The notes beneath the pieces are model-generated. The model had not been told where the DNA came from, did not search any database, and saw nothing but the letters and a program-made list of their open reading frames with translations. A stretch of 64,000 nucleotides of DNA from a plasmid: sequence record CP088595.1. One strand, written 5' to 3'. A program made the translations under genes and the position numbers. Below, in pieces: positions 49,042 to 58,163 of the stretch (position 1 is its first letter; each line of letters starts with the position of its first letter).

Positions 49042-49569
49042 TCAGAACGGGATGTCGTCTGAAAACCCGTAATCCTCCCCCTCCGGCGGTTGCGGCTGAG
49101 GCTCTGGCTGCGCGGCCTTACGTCCACGGCCTTTCGTTTTCGCGCCACCTTTTTTCGTCGCGTCAGCACTCTGTGGCTGCCCATTCTGCTGAGGCTTCGG
49201 TTGCGCCTGAACGTTCTGCTGTGGTGCACGTCCCAGCATCTGCACGGTGCCCGTGGTCTTAACAAGAATTTCAGTGACGTAACGGGTGATACCGTTATCT
49301 TCCCAGCTACGGGTGCGAAGCTGACCTTCGATGTAGACCTGCGCACCCTTGCGCAGATATTCACCTGCCACTTCCGCGAGCTTGCCGAACAGCACCACGC
49401 GGTGCCATTCCGTCTGCTCCCGCATCTCCCCCGTCTGTTTGTCACGCCAGCTTTCTGATGTGGCCACCTGCAGGTTTGCCACTGCGCCCCCGTTGGGGAT
49501 GTAACGGACTTCCGGATCATTGCCCAGACGCCCGACGAGGATGACCTTGTTGATACCACGTGCACTCAT
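49042..49569 (-). CDS. ssb: Plasmid single-strand DNA-binding protein (175 aa)
   Basis: OB-fold N-terminus [24 protein letters not shown]-terminal DDIPF tail. Confidence 0.9.
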   Translation of the reverse strand: MSARGINKVILVGRLGNDPEVRYIPNGGAVANLQVATSESWRDKQTGEMREQTEWHRVVLFGKLAEVAGEYLRKGAQVYIEGQLRTRSWEDNGITRYVTEILVKTTGTVQMLGRAPQQNVQAQPKPQQNGQPQSADATKKGGAKTKGRGRKAAQPEPQPQPPEGEDYGFSDDIPF

Positions 49570-49629
49570 AAGAACCTCCTGACTGAAAGATGTGAGATAA
49601 ACCGGATACCGGCGACGGGACGTTCATGT

Positions 49630-50170
49630 GCCCCTTCAGAGGAGCGAAAGCTCCTCCTGCCGTCCACTTCTTCGGGGTTTCTCCCCGCAGTGGACCTTTC
49701 CGATGGGGGCCCGTTTACCGCCTCACGGGACAGCTGTCCGGGGGCGGACGCAAAATTTTTTGCCGGGTTCATGGCTAAAAATTTTGTGGCCGGTGCATCT
49801 CACCCTGGACAGATGGAACGGGAGGGGGTTACGTCTGCCCCCCGGAAAGTCCACAGCGGGAAACAGGCCGCAGGGGTGGCGGCAGGAGGGAGGACTGCTG
49901 CGCCATCAGGCGCAGTTTCCTCACACACCGTCAGGTGTGCAGGGAGCGCAGGTCACGGCGCGACAGGGGCGGCGCGACAGGGGCGGCGCGACAGGGGCGG
50001 CGCGACCGTAACGGTCGCTGCAAGCCCGGGTTTTCACGCATCGGACCGTAGCGGCAGCCCGAAACCGCGCCAGCGGGTTCGGCGGAGACTGGCGGGTGCG
50101 CCAGCAGCTGCCTGTCGGAGTCGGGCCTGACGACCGGATGCCGCCAGGCAGCCGGGAGCCGAAGTGGGCG
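49630..50170 (-). promoter_or_regulatory. Type-I structured repeat, copy C (upstream of ssb), with a 13-bp tandem array at 49957-50000
   Basis: Matches copies A and B. GGCGGCGCGACAGG repeated about 3.5 times. Confidence 0.6.
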
Positions 50171-50367
50171 CAATAAAAGACAACCATAAACGGTGACAGT
50201 GTCACGGAATATCACATCTGTTCCTGGCATACAGCCATACACTACCTTCTGACCGGAAAGCCGGGCCGGCAGCGCCGCAGGCGCTGCACCCCGCGTTTCC
50301 GGCAGGCGTCAGCCTGCCAGGGGTTTTCGCGCGGGCTGACAGGCGGCCTCCACCGCCTGCCCCTGTA

Positions 50368-50559
50368 TCACCTGTTTCTGCTGCCCTGTAAGATGTAGTG
50401 ACCGCCCAGGAAAACCGCCTGCTGATTCGCCACAAAATCGCAGATTTCATCAACAATCTGCGCGGTGGTGAGCGGTTTCTGCCCCATTTCACGACGCCGC
50501 GCATTAATCACGGCCCTGTAATTACGCAGAATTTCGCGGGTTTCTGTGCTGATATTCAT
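50368..50559 (-). CDS. Hypothetical 63-aa protein
   Basis: Start coupled to the stop of the upstream gene. Confidence 0.35.
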   Translation of the reverse strand: MNISTETREILRNYRAVINARRREMGQKPLTTAQIVDEICDFVANQQAVFLGGHYILQGSRNR

Positions 50560-50978
50560 GACATCGTCTCCCCGTCCAGCGCCTGTAACACAACGTCCAT
50601 TGCTTCGCGTTCCTCCCTGACGAATGCGTCACCGTCGCCCCCGTTCTCACTCCCGACGGCATACAGGCGCTTCATTTCACTGCCTGCCAGCGCCATCACT
50701 TTTTCCAGCATCACCGCCGGGACTGTCACATGACGGCTGGCGCGCTTTTCTTCCATCAGTTCACGAACAACGTCGTGAACAATGCTGACATCCGCACCAT
50801 ATTCAAAGGCATCGTCCAGCCGCTGCATGACGGTTTCCAGCTCATCGTCTGTCAGACTCCAGTCCTGGGCTATGTGACGCACATCCCCACGGGTCAGCAC
50901 CACGGCAAAAACGCATTCACTGTCCGGCACGTCTGTATCCAGTACATCGCGGGTGATTTCTTTAACAGTACAGTACAT
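50556..50978 (-). CDS. Hypothetical acidic 140-aa protein (paralogue of 52678-53112)
   Basis: Shares MY.T...VTVPA..L motifs with the 144-aa ORF at 52678. Confidence 0.45.
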   Translation of the reverse strand: MYCTVKEITRDVLDTDVPDSECVFAVVLTRGDVRHIAQDWSLTDDELETVMQRLDDAFEYGADVSIVHDVVRELMEEKRASRHVTVPAVMLEKVMALAGSEMKRLYAVGSENGGDGDAFVREEREAMDVVLQALDGETMS

Positions 50979-51024
50979 GTTCTCGTCTCCTTTACAGGGG
51001 CGGCATTGCCGCCCCGTCCGTTAA

Positions 51025-51450
51025 TCAGTCCAGCGCCGCGTAAATCGCGTTGCATTCGGGGTGAAATTCGATGTGACGCCACAACTGCGCATCGCGCATC
51101 CGGTAAAGCTGGGTCAGTCCTGCATCCCCGCTGTCGTGGTACAGCCACAACTGGCGGTTAATCACAAGGGAGGTAAGGATGATGCCTGCGGCATCAGCAC
51201 TCACGGTACGGTCAAACCAGTTTGCACCGTTCACCATGTGGAAACGGTCGCCATCCGGCATCATGTAGCCGCCACCGTCCGGCAGGCGGATGAAGTGCCA
51301 GAATCCGCCTTCGTATTCCGGCATCATTTTTTTCGCCAGCGCGTACACAGACGCCTCGACATACAGAAAATCCTGGCCAAACAGGTAAGGCAGAAAGAAG
51401 AGGCGGTCGCATTCTTCAACATTCAGAGTGACAGGTTTCGCATATTGCAT
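51025..51450 (-). CDS. Putative ArdB/KlcA-family antirestriction protein (141 aa)
   Basis: Size, and location directly downstream of type-II repeat copy E, the same arrangement as ardA. Family call from memory only. Confidence 0.45.
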   Translation of the reverse strand: MQYAKPVTLNVEECDRLFFLPYLFGQDFLYVEASVYALAKKMMPEYEGGFWHFIRLPDGGGYMMPDGDRFHMVNGANWFDRTVSADAAGIILTSLVINRQLWLYHDSGDAGLTQLYRMRDAQLWRHIEFHPECNAIYAALD

Positions 51451-51466
51451 GATGTTTTCCTCCGTT

Positions 51467-51812
51467 GTTCACATATTCCGCGACACCGGGCGGTGCCGTG
51501 CCTCCATAAAAGCCGGGCGATAAGGCGGGGATGCACAGGGCGCAAGGGAAGCCGCAGCCTGACGCACACGGCTGGCGGGAGTTGGAGGGTGAGACCGCGA
51601 AATCTGAGCGGGTGAACGACCGGAAAATCACGGCAGACGGGAAGGAGGGACCGGGTGACCGCCGCGTTCATTTTACCCTTGCATCCCCGCCAGCCCGGCT
51701 AAGATGGAGGCACGGCACAGCCCGCACACGACACGGCGGCCACATAACTGAAAACCCACAAGGCCATGCACCGCATGGCCGGGTAAAGCGGAGCCGGCGG
51801 CGACTTCCTTTG
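51467..51812 (-). promoter_or_regulatory. Type-II structured repeat, copy E
   Basis: Matches 44490-44865. Confidence 0.6.
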
Positions 51813-51862
51813 TGCTCTGTCCGGGGACTGGCAGGAAAAGGCGGGGATTTTCCCCGCCATCA

Positions 51863-52633
51863 TCAGCCCCGGATTTTTGCGAGGGCATCCGCCATGCTGC
51901 GGATTTCGGCCCGGGCCTCCCGGACCACCTCCCGCAGAACATCACGGTCAAACCAGCGGCGGGGCGGTTCATCCGGTATACGCAGCACATCGCAGGCCAG
52001 CCCACTGGACAGGATATGCTCCACACACTCACTGACCAGGTACATTTCCGCCGACGAAAAACGAGCGCTCCGGTTCAGGATGGCATCGAGCACCACGGGC
52101 AGGTTTTCGTCATCTTCATCGAGCCAGCAGGGGTGATCGCTTTCCTTCACAACCAAGCGAAAGCGGCGCGTCTGGCGGGTCAGCAACGTCTGACCGGTTG
52201 TGGTCAGCGCCGCCCTGATACGCCGCGCATCTTCTGCCACCCGGCAACTGACACTGCATACTGCATCTCGCACCGCATCAAGAACTGCCCTGATTTCGTC
52301 TTCGGTCAGCCATTCTCCGGCATACGGGAAAGACACCTGCGTTCCGTCTGCCGGAAGTACCGGCAGCGACTGCCACTGACTGCCGGACAGTACCAGTTCC
52401 GCCCCGGTTCCGGTCAGTTTCTGAATGGCGGAAGCCAGGTGCGGCGGCAGCACGCCATCGTGGCGGTTAACGAGTAACGTCGCCAGCCGGGGCGCATCCA
52501 GCCGCACGTAAATGCTGATCCAGCCCGGATGGTTCGGATTTCGCTGGTCAACATCCGTCTCTTCCGGCCAGCCCTGCGCCAGCAGCAGGTTACGGGCGTG
52601 GCGACAAATCAGTGCATTCAGCGTTTCGTTCAT
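51863..52633 (-). CDS. Hypothetical 256-aa protein
   Basis: ORF. Confidence 0.4.
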   Translation of the reverse strand: MNETLNALICRHARNLLLAQGWPEETDVDQRNPNHPGWISIYVRLDAPRLATLLVNRHDGVLPPHLASAIQKLTGTGAELVLSGSQWQSLPVLPADGTQVSFPYAGEWLTEDEIRAVLDAVRDAVCSVSCRVAEDARRIRAALTTTGQTLLTRQTRRFRLVVKESDHPCWLDEDDENLPVVLDAILNRSARFSSAEMYLVSECVEHILSSGLACDVLRIPDEPPRRWFDRDVLREVVREARAEIRSMADALAKIRG

Positions 52634-52677
52634 GATTCATGGTCTCCCTGAATCGCCGCCCGCAGGCGGCGATAACA

Positions 52678-53112
52678 TCAGTCGTTTTCGCGTGTGTTGT
52701 TTTTCAGCAGGGTGCGGGCCTGATTAACCACCGCCTGACGGCGGGTGACGCATTCCGGGACGGCGAGGCCATGATCCCGGGCGGCCCATTCACGTTTCCA
52801 CAATGCCTGTTCAGCGGTCTGAATCAGGGACGCCAGCAGTTCAGCCGGAACGGTCACCTGGCGGTTTTCGCTCACGTTGCTGATAATCTCCATCGCCGCG
52901 GCGGAAGAAATACCGGACTCAATCCGCTGGTCTTCCGGGATGTCCTCCAGGCGCGCCAGGACGGTCCTGATTTCATGATCGGACAGGGAAATATCCATTC
53001 CGTCAGCGAGGGCCTGGATCTCTTCCGGGGACCAGACAACCAGCATCAGCGGCGCGTCTCCCGGATACTGCGCTGCCAGCTCCCGGCAGAGCGTTTCGCA
53101 TGTTCCGTACAT
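52678..53112 (-). CDS. Hypothetical acidic 144-aa protein (paralogue of 50556-50978)
   Basis: See paralogue. Confidence 0.45.
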   Translation of the reverse strand: MYGTCETLCRELAAQYPGDAPLMLVVWSPEEIQALADGMDISLSDHEIRTVLARLEDIPEDQRIESGISSAAAMEIISNVSENRQVTVPAELLASLIQTAEQALWKREWAARDHGLAVPECVTRRQAVVNQARTLLKNNTREND

Positions 53113-53125
53113 TCTCGTCTCCTTC

Positions 53126-53347
53126 TCAATCTTTGAAGCAGGAATCCAGTTCCAGAATTTCGGTATACGCCTCCATAAACAGGCGATTGGCGCGATACAG
53201 CGTCTGGCGTGTCAGGCGTTCAACAAGCACATCGGAATCAAAGCGACAGCGATGCTCCATATCGTTCAGCCTGGCCCGAAGGTCACACATGGTGTTGGCC
53301 ACCTCCGCCACGTCGGCGCGAAGTTTTTCGTGTCCGGCATAGTTCAT
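53126..53347 (-). CDS. Hypothetical 73-aa protein, coupled to the methyltransferase
   Basis: ORF abutting the methyltransferase stop. Confidence 0.35.
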   Translation of the reverse strand: MNYAGHEKLRADVAEVANTMCDLRARLNDMEHRCRFDSDVLVERLTRQTLYRANRLFMEAYTEILELDSCFKD

Positions 53348-54031
53348 TTACGCAGCCTCCGGTTCAAACCAGTTATCATTCGCGGCCCCCTGCTGCATGG
53401 CCCGTTGCACGGCGGCCAGTCGTTGCTGTCCGGCACGGTGATACTGTTCAAGCAGCTCGATACCGATATACCGGCGTCCGGACTGGAGGGCGGCCACACA
53501 GGTTGAGCCGCTGCCTGCAAACGGGTCCAGCACAATCGCGTTCGGGTGTGTGAAGCTCTCAATGAGCGGTTGCAGGCTGGTAACGGGCTTTTCAGTCGGG
53601 TGATGACGATTGCCTGAATATTTCCAGCCCTGCACGTCGGGCAATGGCTTCTGAGGCAGCGCCGGACGTCCTTTTGCCAGGATGTAGGCGCATTCGTGGC
53701 GATAGCCCACATATGCGGCCTTCGATGTGTAGTTTTTGGTGAAGACCAGGTGACCAACAACGCTGAATCCCGCATTTTTCCAGGCAGACATAAAGCGATC
53801 GACGCGATTCCAGCCATAGAAGCTCACCATTAACGCGTCTTTTTTGAGTACGCGGTACATCTCATTACAGGCCGGTTGCAACCATTCGTCGGTTTTATCG
53901 CCGGCAATGGTACGCCCCTGACGGTCACGAAAACCGACGAGGTACGGCGGGTCGGTGAGGATGAAATCAATGGCGTTATCAGGGATACGGGCCATAACAT
54001 CGATGCAGTTACCGAGGACAAAACGGGACAT
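53348..54031 (-). CDS. Orphan DNA N6-adenine/N4-cytosine methyltransferase (227 aa)
   Basis: Motif IV ILTDPPYLVG and motif I LDPFAGSGSTC. No adjacent restriction gene. Confidence 0.8.
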   Translation of the reverse strand: MSRFVLGNCIDVMARIPDNAIDFILTDPPYLVGFRDRQGRTIAGDKTDEWLQPACNEMYRVLKKDALMVSFYGWNRVDRFMSAWKNAGFSVVGHLVFTKNYTSKAAYVGYRHECAYILAKGRPALPQKPLPDVQGWKYSGNRHHPTEKPVTSLQPLIESFTHPNAIVLDPFAGSGSTCVAALQSGRRYIGIELLEQYHRAGQQRLAAVQRAMQQGAANDNWFEPEAA

Positions 54032-54421
54032 ACAAAACTCCTTCTCTTACAGAGGGCACCGGGAGGGCACCCCTGTGGTGCCCGTTCCCCGCTGCCTGTG
54101 GGCTGTTCACCGCGTCCGGTAACGGGTCAGGCCGACCGTGGAATACCGCAGCCGTCGTCTTTTTGACGGCAAGGCTATGCCGCGAAAGCGGCTTGAAGGG
54201 CGTTCATCAGAAAAGGGCGACGGGCTGGCGTACACTGCCACCGACGCCAGCCGGGAGCGGTAAAAGCGCCCGTCCCGTGCCCGGCCGGACGCGGGATACT
54301 GACCACAGGCAGCGTTCCTGCCGCGCCGCGTCAGCCGGCGCAGTAAAAAGAGGAGCCCGGCGACATCCTTTGTCGGAAAAGAAAAAAGGACGCAACAGCG
54401 TCCTTTAACAGAGTTCAGTTC

Positions 54422-54850
54422 TTATTCATCATCCGGAAACAAGTTCTTAATGTTGTTTCTTGTTTCCAGGAGATTCTGATCGACTGGAGCAGATATTTCT
54501 TGCGTAGCAGAATCAACCGCAGGCAGGATCGCTTTTGCATTATTACCAGCAGACTGCAGAAATGCCTCCAGCAAACGAACGACTTCACCATTTTCCTGTT
54601 GTGGTAGCGTACTACTGATAATTCGTTGAATATCCTGCATAGACGTGCTGTCTGTCAGGAATTCAGCTATCAGGAACGGCAATCGTTCATCCTGCTTCAT
54701 CAATGCAGCACCACACAACATCATGGCCCGCATTGCCCGACCACGTTCTTTCTGAGGCAATTTTTCAAGAAACCTGTCAGCCACCCGATCAGCTGCATTT
54801 CGTTCCGGATAAATATAAAAAGAGCACTTACGATTATCAGCCATACTCAT
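54422..54850 (-). CDS. ParR/StbB-like partition adaptor (142 aa), putative
   Basis: Immediately downstream of the ParM-like gene and coupled to it. A terminator hairpin follows. Confidence 0.45.
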   Translation of the reverse strand: MSMADNRKCSFYIYPERNAADRVADRFLEKLPQKERGRAMRAMMLCGAALMKQDERLPFLIAEFLTDSTSMQDIQRIISSTLPQQENGEVVRLLEAFLQSAGNNAKAILPAVDSATQEISAPVDQNLLETRNNIKNLFPDDE

Positions 54851-55827
54851 CCCTTCATTGCCATCATTCCCAACACCAGATCGAACTGAGGATTGTCACT
54901 GACAAAGAAACGGTTATCACCCACTCCTGTCGCTTTTTTTACTGCCCCAGCCACAAGGCTGGCACCACCGCCAACAACCATAACATGAGTAAAACCAGCA
55001 AAGCGTCCTACTGAATCCGCCACACGATAATGCAGTTTTTTTTCCCGGTCACGTAATACTGTCAGGATCCGCTCACGCTGTTCTGCATTCGGGATATAAC
55101 GGGTCAGGAATTCATTGTCATCCCGGCCCTGGATTAGACGATCTGCAAAATAAGAACTGGTTCGTGTACTCACATTCACATCCATCGCATGCTTAACTGC
55201 TTCAGTAATGATGGAGACGCCAGTCTTGGGGTCACAATAGGTTTTTGTGAAACCTGACATTTTGCTGCGGACATGTGCAATATCAAGGGTCGTTCCACCG
55301 ATATCAACAATCAACAGCGACTCCAGATCATTCAGATCTTTCAGCACGTCAAAACCGGCAGGCACGGACTCAGGCAAGACACTGACTTTACGAATGGTAA
55401 AGTTTTCACGCCCCTGAACTGTTACAGTTCGCCGGACATTATTTTTCTTACGTTCGATATTAGCCAGATTTGGCTGATCGTTCTCATCCAGATACTCACC
55501 TAAAGGTAAAGTCACAACAATATCAACAGGTTGTGGAGCAATACCTGACTGCATCAACGCATGATGAATAGCAACCACATTAACGTCGCTGTACTGATAA
55601 CGCGTTTCTGTGGTGCGCACTGCATCCGGACTCAATTGATCAAAGCTGTATTTTTCTCCATCAATCTCATAGTTTGCGGAAGCGGGTACAGTGGCATCAG
55701 TCAGTCCCTGCAGCGTCATAGACCATTCCGGCTTAAAACTATTCGGACTAATTAACGTTTTCACTGCACCGTCTTCAACCCAGGCCAGTTTGATGTTGGT
55801 AGAGCCGTCGTCTACAAAGATACGCAT
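54847..55827 (-). CDS. ParM/StbA actin-like partition ATPase (326 aa)
   Basis: N-terminus MRIFVDDGSTNIKLAW, the phosphate-1 motif of the ParM/StbA family. Confidence 0.75.
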   Translation of the reverse strand: MRIFVDDGSTNIKLAWVEDGAVKTLISPNSFKPEWSMTLQGLTDATVPASANYEIDGEKYSFDQLSPDAVRTTETRYQYSDVNVVAIHHALMQSGIAPQPVDIVVTLPLGEYLDENDQPNLANIERKKNNVRRTVTVQGRENFTIRKVSVLPESVPAGFDVLKDLNDLESLLIVDIGGTTLDIAHVRSKMSGFTKTYCDPKTGVSIITEAVKHAMDVNVSTRTSSYFADRLIQGRDDNEFLTRYIPNAEQRERILTVLRDREKKLHYRVADSVGRFAGFTHVMVVGGGASLVAGAVKKATGVGDNRFFVSDNPQFDLVLGMMAMKG

Positions 55828-55829
55828 CT

Positions 55830-56100
55830 AGAACCTCACATAAATAAAATGGATTTTTTTAGAAAAATACGAGATCAAAAACGATTATCACCTAAAACAA
55901 CGTATCGGTAAAGACCTGATATCGGCCACAAATGGAAAAATAAAGAAAAACACAGACAAAAACCGACTCCAACAGCACAAAAGAGAACAAACAAGAACAA
56001 ATAAAGATAAACACTGATGAAATCCAGAAAAAACTCAAAGCTTCATATACAATGTCAGTAATTCATCCTCTGACGCCACCACTACCTCCAGCCAAAATGA
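55830..56100. promoter_or_regulatory. AT-rich candidate parC-type centromere/promoter upstream of the ParM-like gene
   Basis: A-rich region containing repeated AAACA/AAAGA blocks. Position. Confidence 0.35.
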
Positions 56101-56152
56101 GCGGGTAAGATATCCGGAGCCTTATAGTCAGGAGGCTTCTACAGGAAAGCTG

Positions 56153-56500
56153 ATGAGGAAGAGAATGCGAACGATCACCACACGTGAACAGTTATTAGTG
56201 AACGGAAAAGTCAGGGAACGGATTGCCACACATATCGTGACAGGCGCTCACGGGTATGAAACGCTTTGCACAAGTGGTTATAACTTACAATACAATAAGG
56301 AACGGGTACTGATTGAAAACTGCGAAAAGGTGGCTGATGGAGAACTGCCTGTCACCTGCCACACTTGTTTCTCTATATGGCAGGATGTACACCGGTTCAA
56401 ACCTGGTGACTTTGACACAGAATCAGGAAAGGGAAATTTCACTGATACGGAGCTCACGAAAATCACAATTGGACAAGAAAAAACGCCGAATGCGTGTTGA
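56153..56500 (+). CDS. Hypothetical 115-aa protein (plus strand)
   Basis: ORF with an AGGAAA leader. Confidence 0.35.
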   Translation: MRKRMRTITTREQLLVNGKVRERIATHIVTGAHGYETLCTSGYNLQYNKERVLIENCEKVADGELPVTCHTCFSIWQDVHRFKPGDFDTESGKGNFTDTELTKITIGQEKTPNAC

Positions 56501-56594
56501 TGTGCCGCGTCAGCCGGCGCAGTAAAAAGAGGAGCATGGCGACATCCTTTACCGGAAAAGAAACGGGCGGTTGCCCGCCCGTCTCCGTCATACT

Positions 56595-57521
56595 TCATCC
56601 ACCGTAATGCGCCACCTTGTCGACTATCCACGCAGGTCCGGTGACTTCCGGCAGCTCATCATCATCTGTCGGGGAAGACCATTCCAGCTCCCCCCACAGC
56701 ACATCAACAAGCTCTCCGCGCTCATACAACTGCCAGCCACAGAAATCACAGCCCTGTTCGGCATACCAGTGCTCCAGCGTGCAGCTGAAACGGCGGCTTA
56801 ATTCTGCAATAACGTCGCTTTCCGGCTGACACCACGGCGTGTCGAAATCAACCTGAATGAAGTTGTCTCCCTGACTACTGATATTCAGGTCATACCCACA
56901 AGGCCACTTCACGCCATACCGTTCTGTATACCAGTGATATGCAGAAGGAACACCGTTCAGAACACCGCCGTTAAAGCCATTCACTTCAATATCCAGGCGG
57001 GTCGGCAAAACCGTCAGCAGGTCAAACGGCATGGTTTTTTCCGGCAGTACGTTGTCACACAGACGGTTCCACCACACCGATACATCCTCGTTACCCCAGA
57101 TGTCACACCAGTCACCTCTTTTTGCGGTGAAATGCACAGTGATAGTTTCCCTGACATCATCCGGTAACTCTTCCCAGCGACGCTGTCCAGTACCGCTCTG
57201 CAGCCAGAGTTCATGCAGCATCAGGCAGTTTTGCTCATCCAGCAGTACACCGTTCTGCAGGTGTGTCAGCCAGCGGGTGAACGCGATATTTTCCGGTGAT
57301 ACAGCACCACGTCCGGCAGCCGTCACTCCGGGGCACTGCTCAGAGCGGATATTTTCAGTGATCTGCAGAAGTCCGGCACTTCCGGCCAGAAACAGCTGAA
57401 TACCTTCATTTGTGGCGCGGCGATAAAGCGGTGTGACTGCACCGCTGGCCAGTCGTTTAATCTCAGCGATCTGTGCTGGTTCACCAGAAAAATACATACG
57501 ATTCGAGCACCAGTTTGGCAT
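56595..57521 (-). CDS. Hypothetical 308-aa protein
   Basis: GAGGAG RBS before MPNWCSNRMYF. A terminator lies downstream. Confidence 0.5.
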   Translation of the reverse strand: MPNWCSNRMYFSGEPAQIAEIKRLASGAVTPLYRRATNEGIQLFLAGSAGLLQITENIRSEQCPGVTAAGRGAVSPENIAFTRWLTHLQNGVLLDEQNCLMLHELWLQSGTGQRRWEELPDDVRETITVHFTAKRGDWCDIWGNEDVSVWWNRLCDNVLPEKTMPFDLLTVLPTRLDIEVNGFNGGVLNGVPSAYHWYTERYGVKWPCGYDLNISSQGDNFIQVDFDTPWCQPESDVIAELSRRFSCTLEHWYAEQGCDFCGWQLYERGELVDVLWGELEWSSPTDDDELPEVTGPAWIVDKVAHYGG

Positions 57522-57875
57522 GGGAATTCTCCTCTCACATGCGGCCTCCATCAGGCCGTGCCGCACCTGTAACCGGGCGACCGCATACGAATGCAGGTGC
57601 GGCCCCGAAGCCGCAGCGCGTGGAGGAGGAACGACGAAACGTGACCGGGTGAGGAGGCCGGCGACAGCGACACACTTGCATCGGATGCAGCCCGGTTAAC
57701 GTGCCGGCACGGCCTGGGTAACCAGGTATTTTATTCACAGAACCGTGCGCAAAATGCTGTGGATAAGCTGGACACAGCAGTCCACAGCAGGCATACAGCC
57801 ACACTCCCAGAGAATTGAGCGTTTTTTAGTCACAATAATGACATTTGACTGTGTGTGGATTCAGTTATTAGAATA

Positions 57876-57891
57876 CTGTATATGCATACAG
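57876..57891 (+). promoter_or_regulatory. LexA (SOS) box CTGTATATGCATACAG upstream of impCAB
   Basis: Perfect CTGT-N8-ACAG palindrome. Confidence 0.75.
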
Positions 57892-57914
57892 CAATAGAAA
57901 AGGGAGATGAGAAC

Positions 57915-58163
57915 ATGATCCGCATTGAAATTCTTTTCGACCGCCAGAGCACAAAAAACCTCAAATCAGGCACACTTCAGGCGCTACAGAATGAAATCGA
58001 ACAACGTCTGAAACCACACTACCCGGAAATCTGGCTGCGTATAGACCAGGGCAGCGCCCCGTCTGTATCTGTCACAGGAGCCCGCAACGACAAGGATAAA
58101 GAACGTATCCTGTCTCTGCTGGAAGAAATCTGGCAGGACGACAGCTGGCTGCCTGCAGCATGA
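57915..58163 (+). CDS. impC: ImpC (82 aa)
   Basis: Small ORF preceding impA, beginning MIRIEILF. Confidence 0.6.
   Translation: MIRIEILFDRQSTKNLKSGTLQALQNEIEQRLKPHYPEIWLRIDQGSAPSVSVTGARNDKDKERILSLLEEIWQDDSWLPAA

Noticed and set aside
49090-49458. 122-aa plus-strand ORF opposite ssb
   Set aside because: Antisense to ssb.
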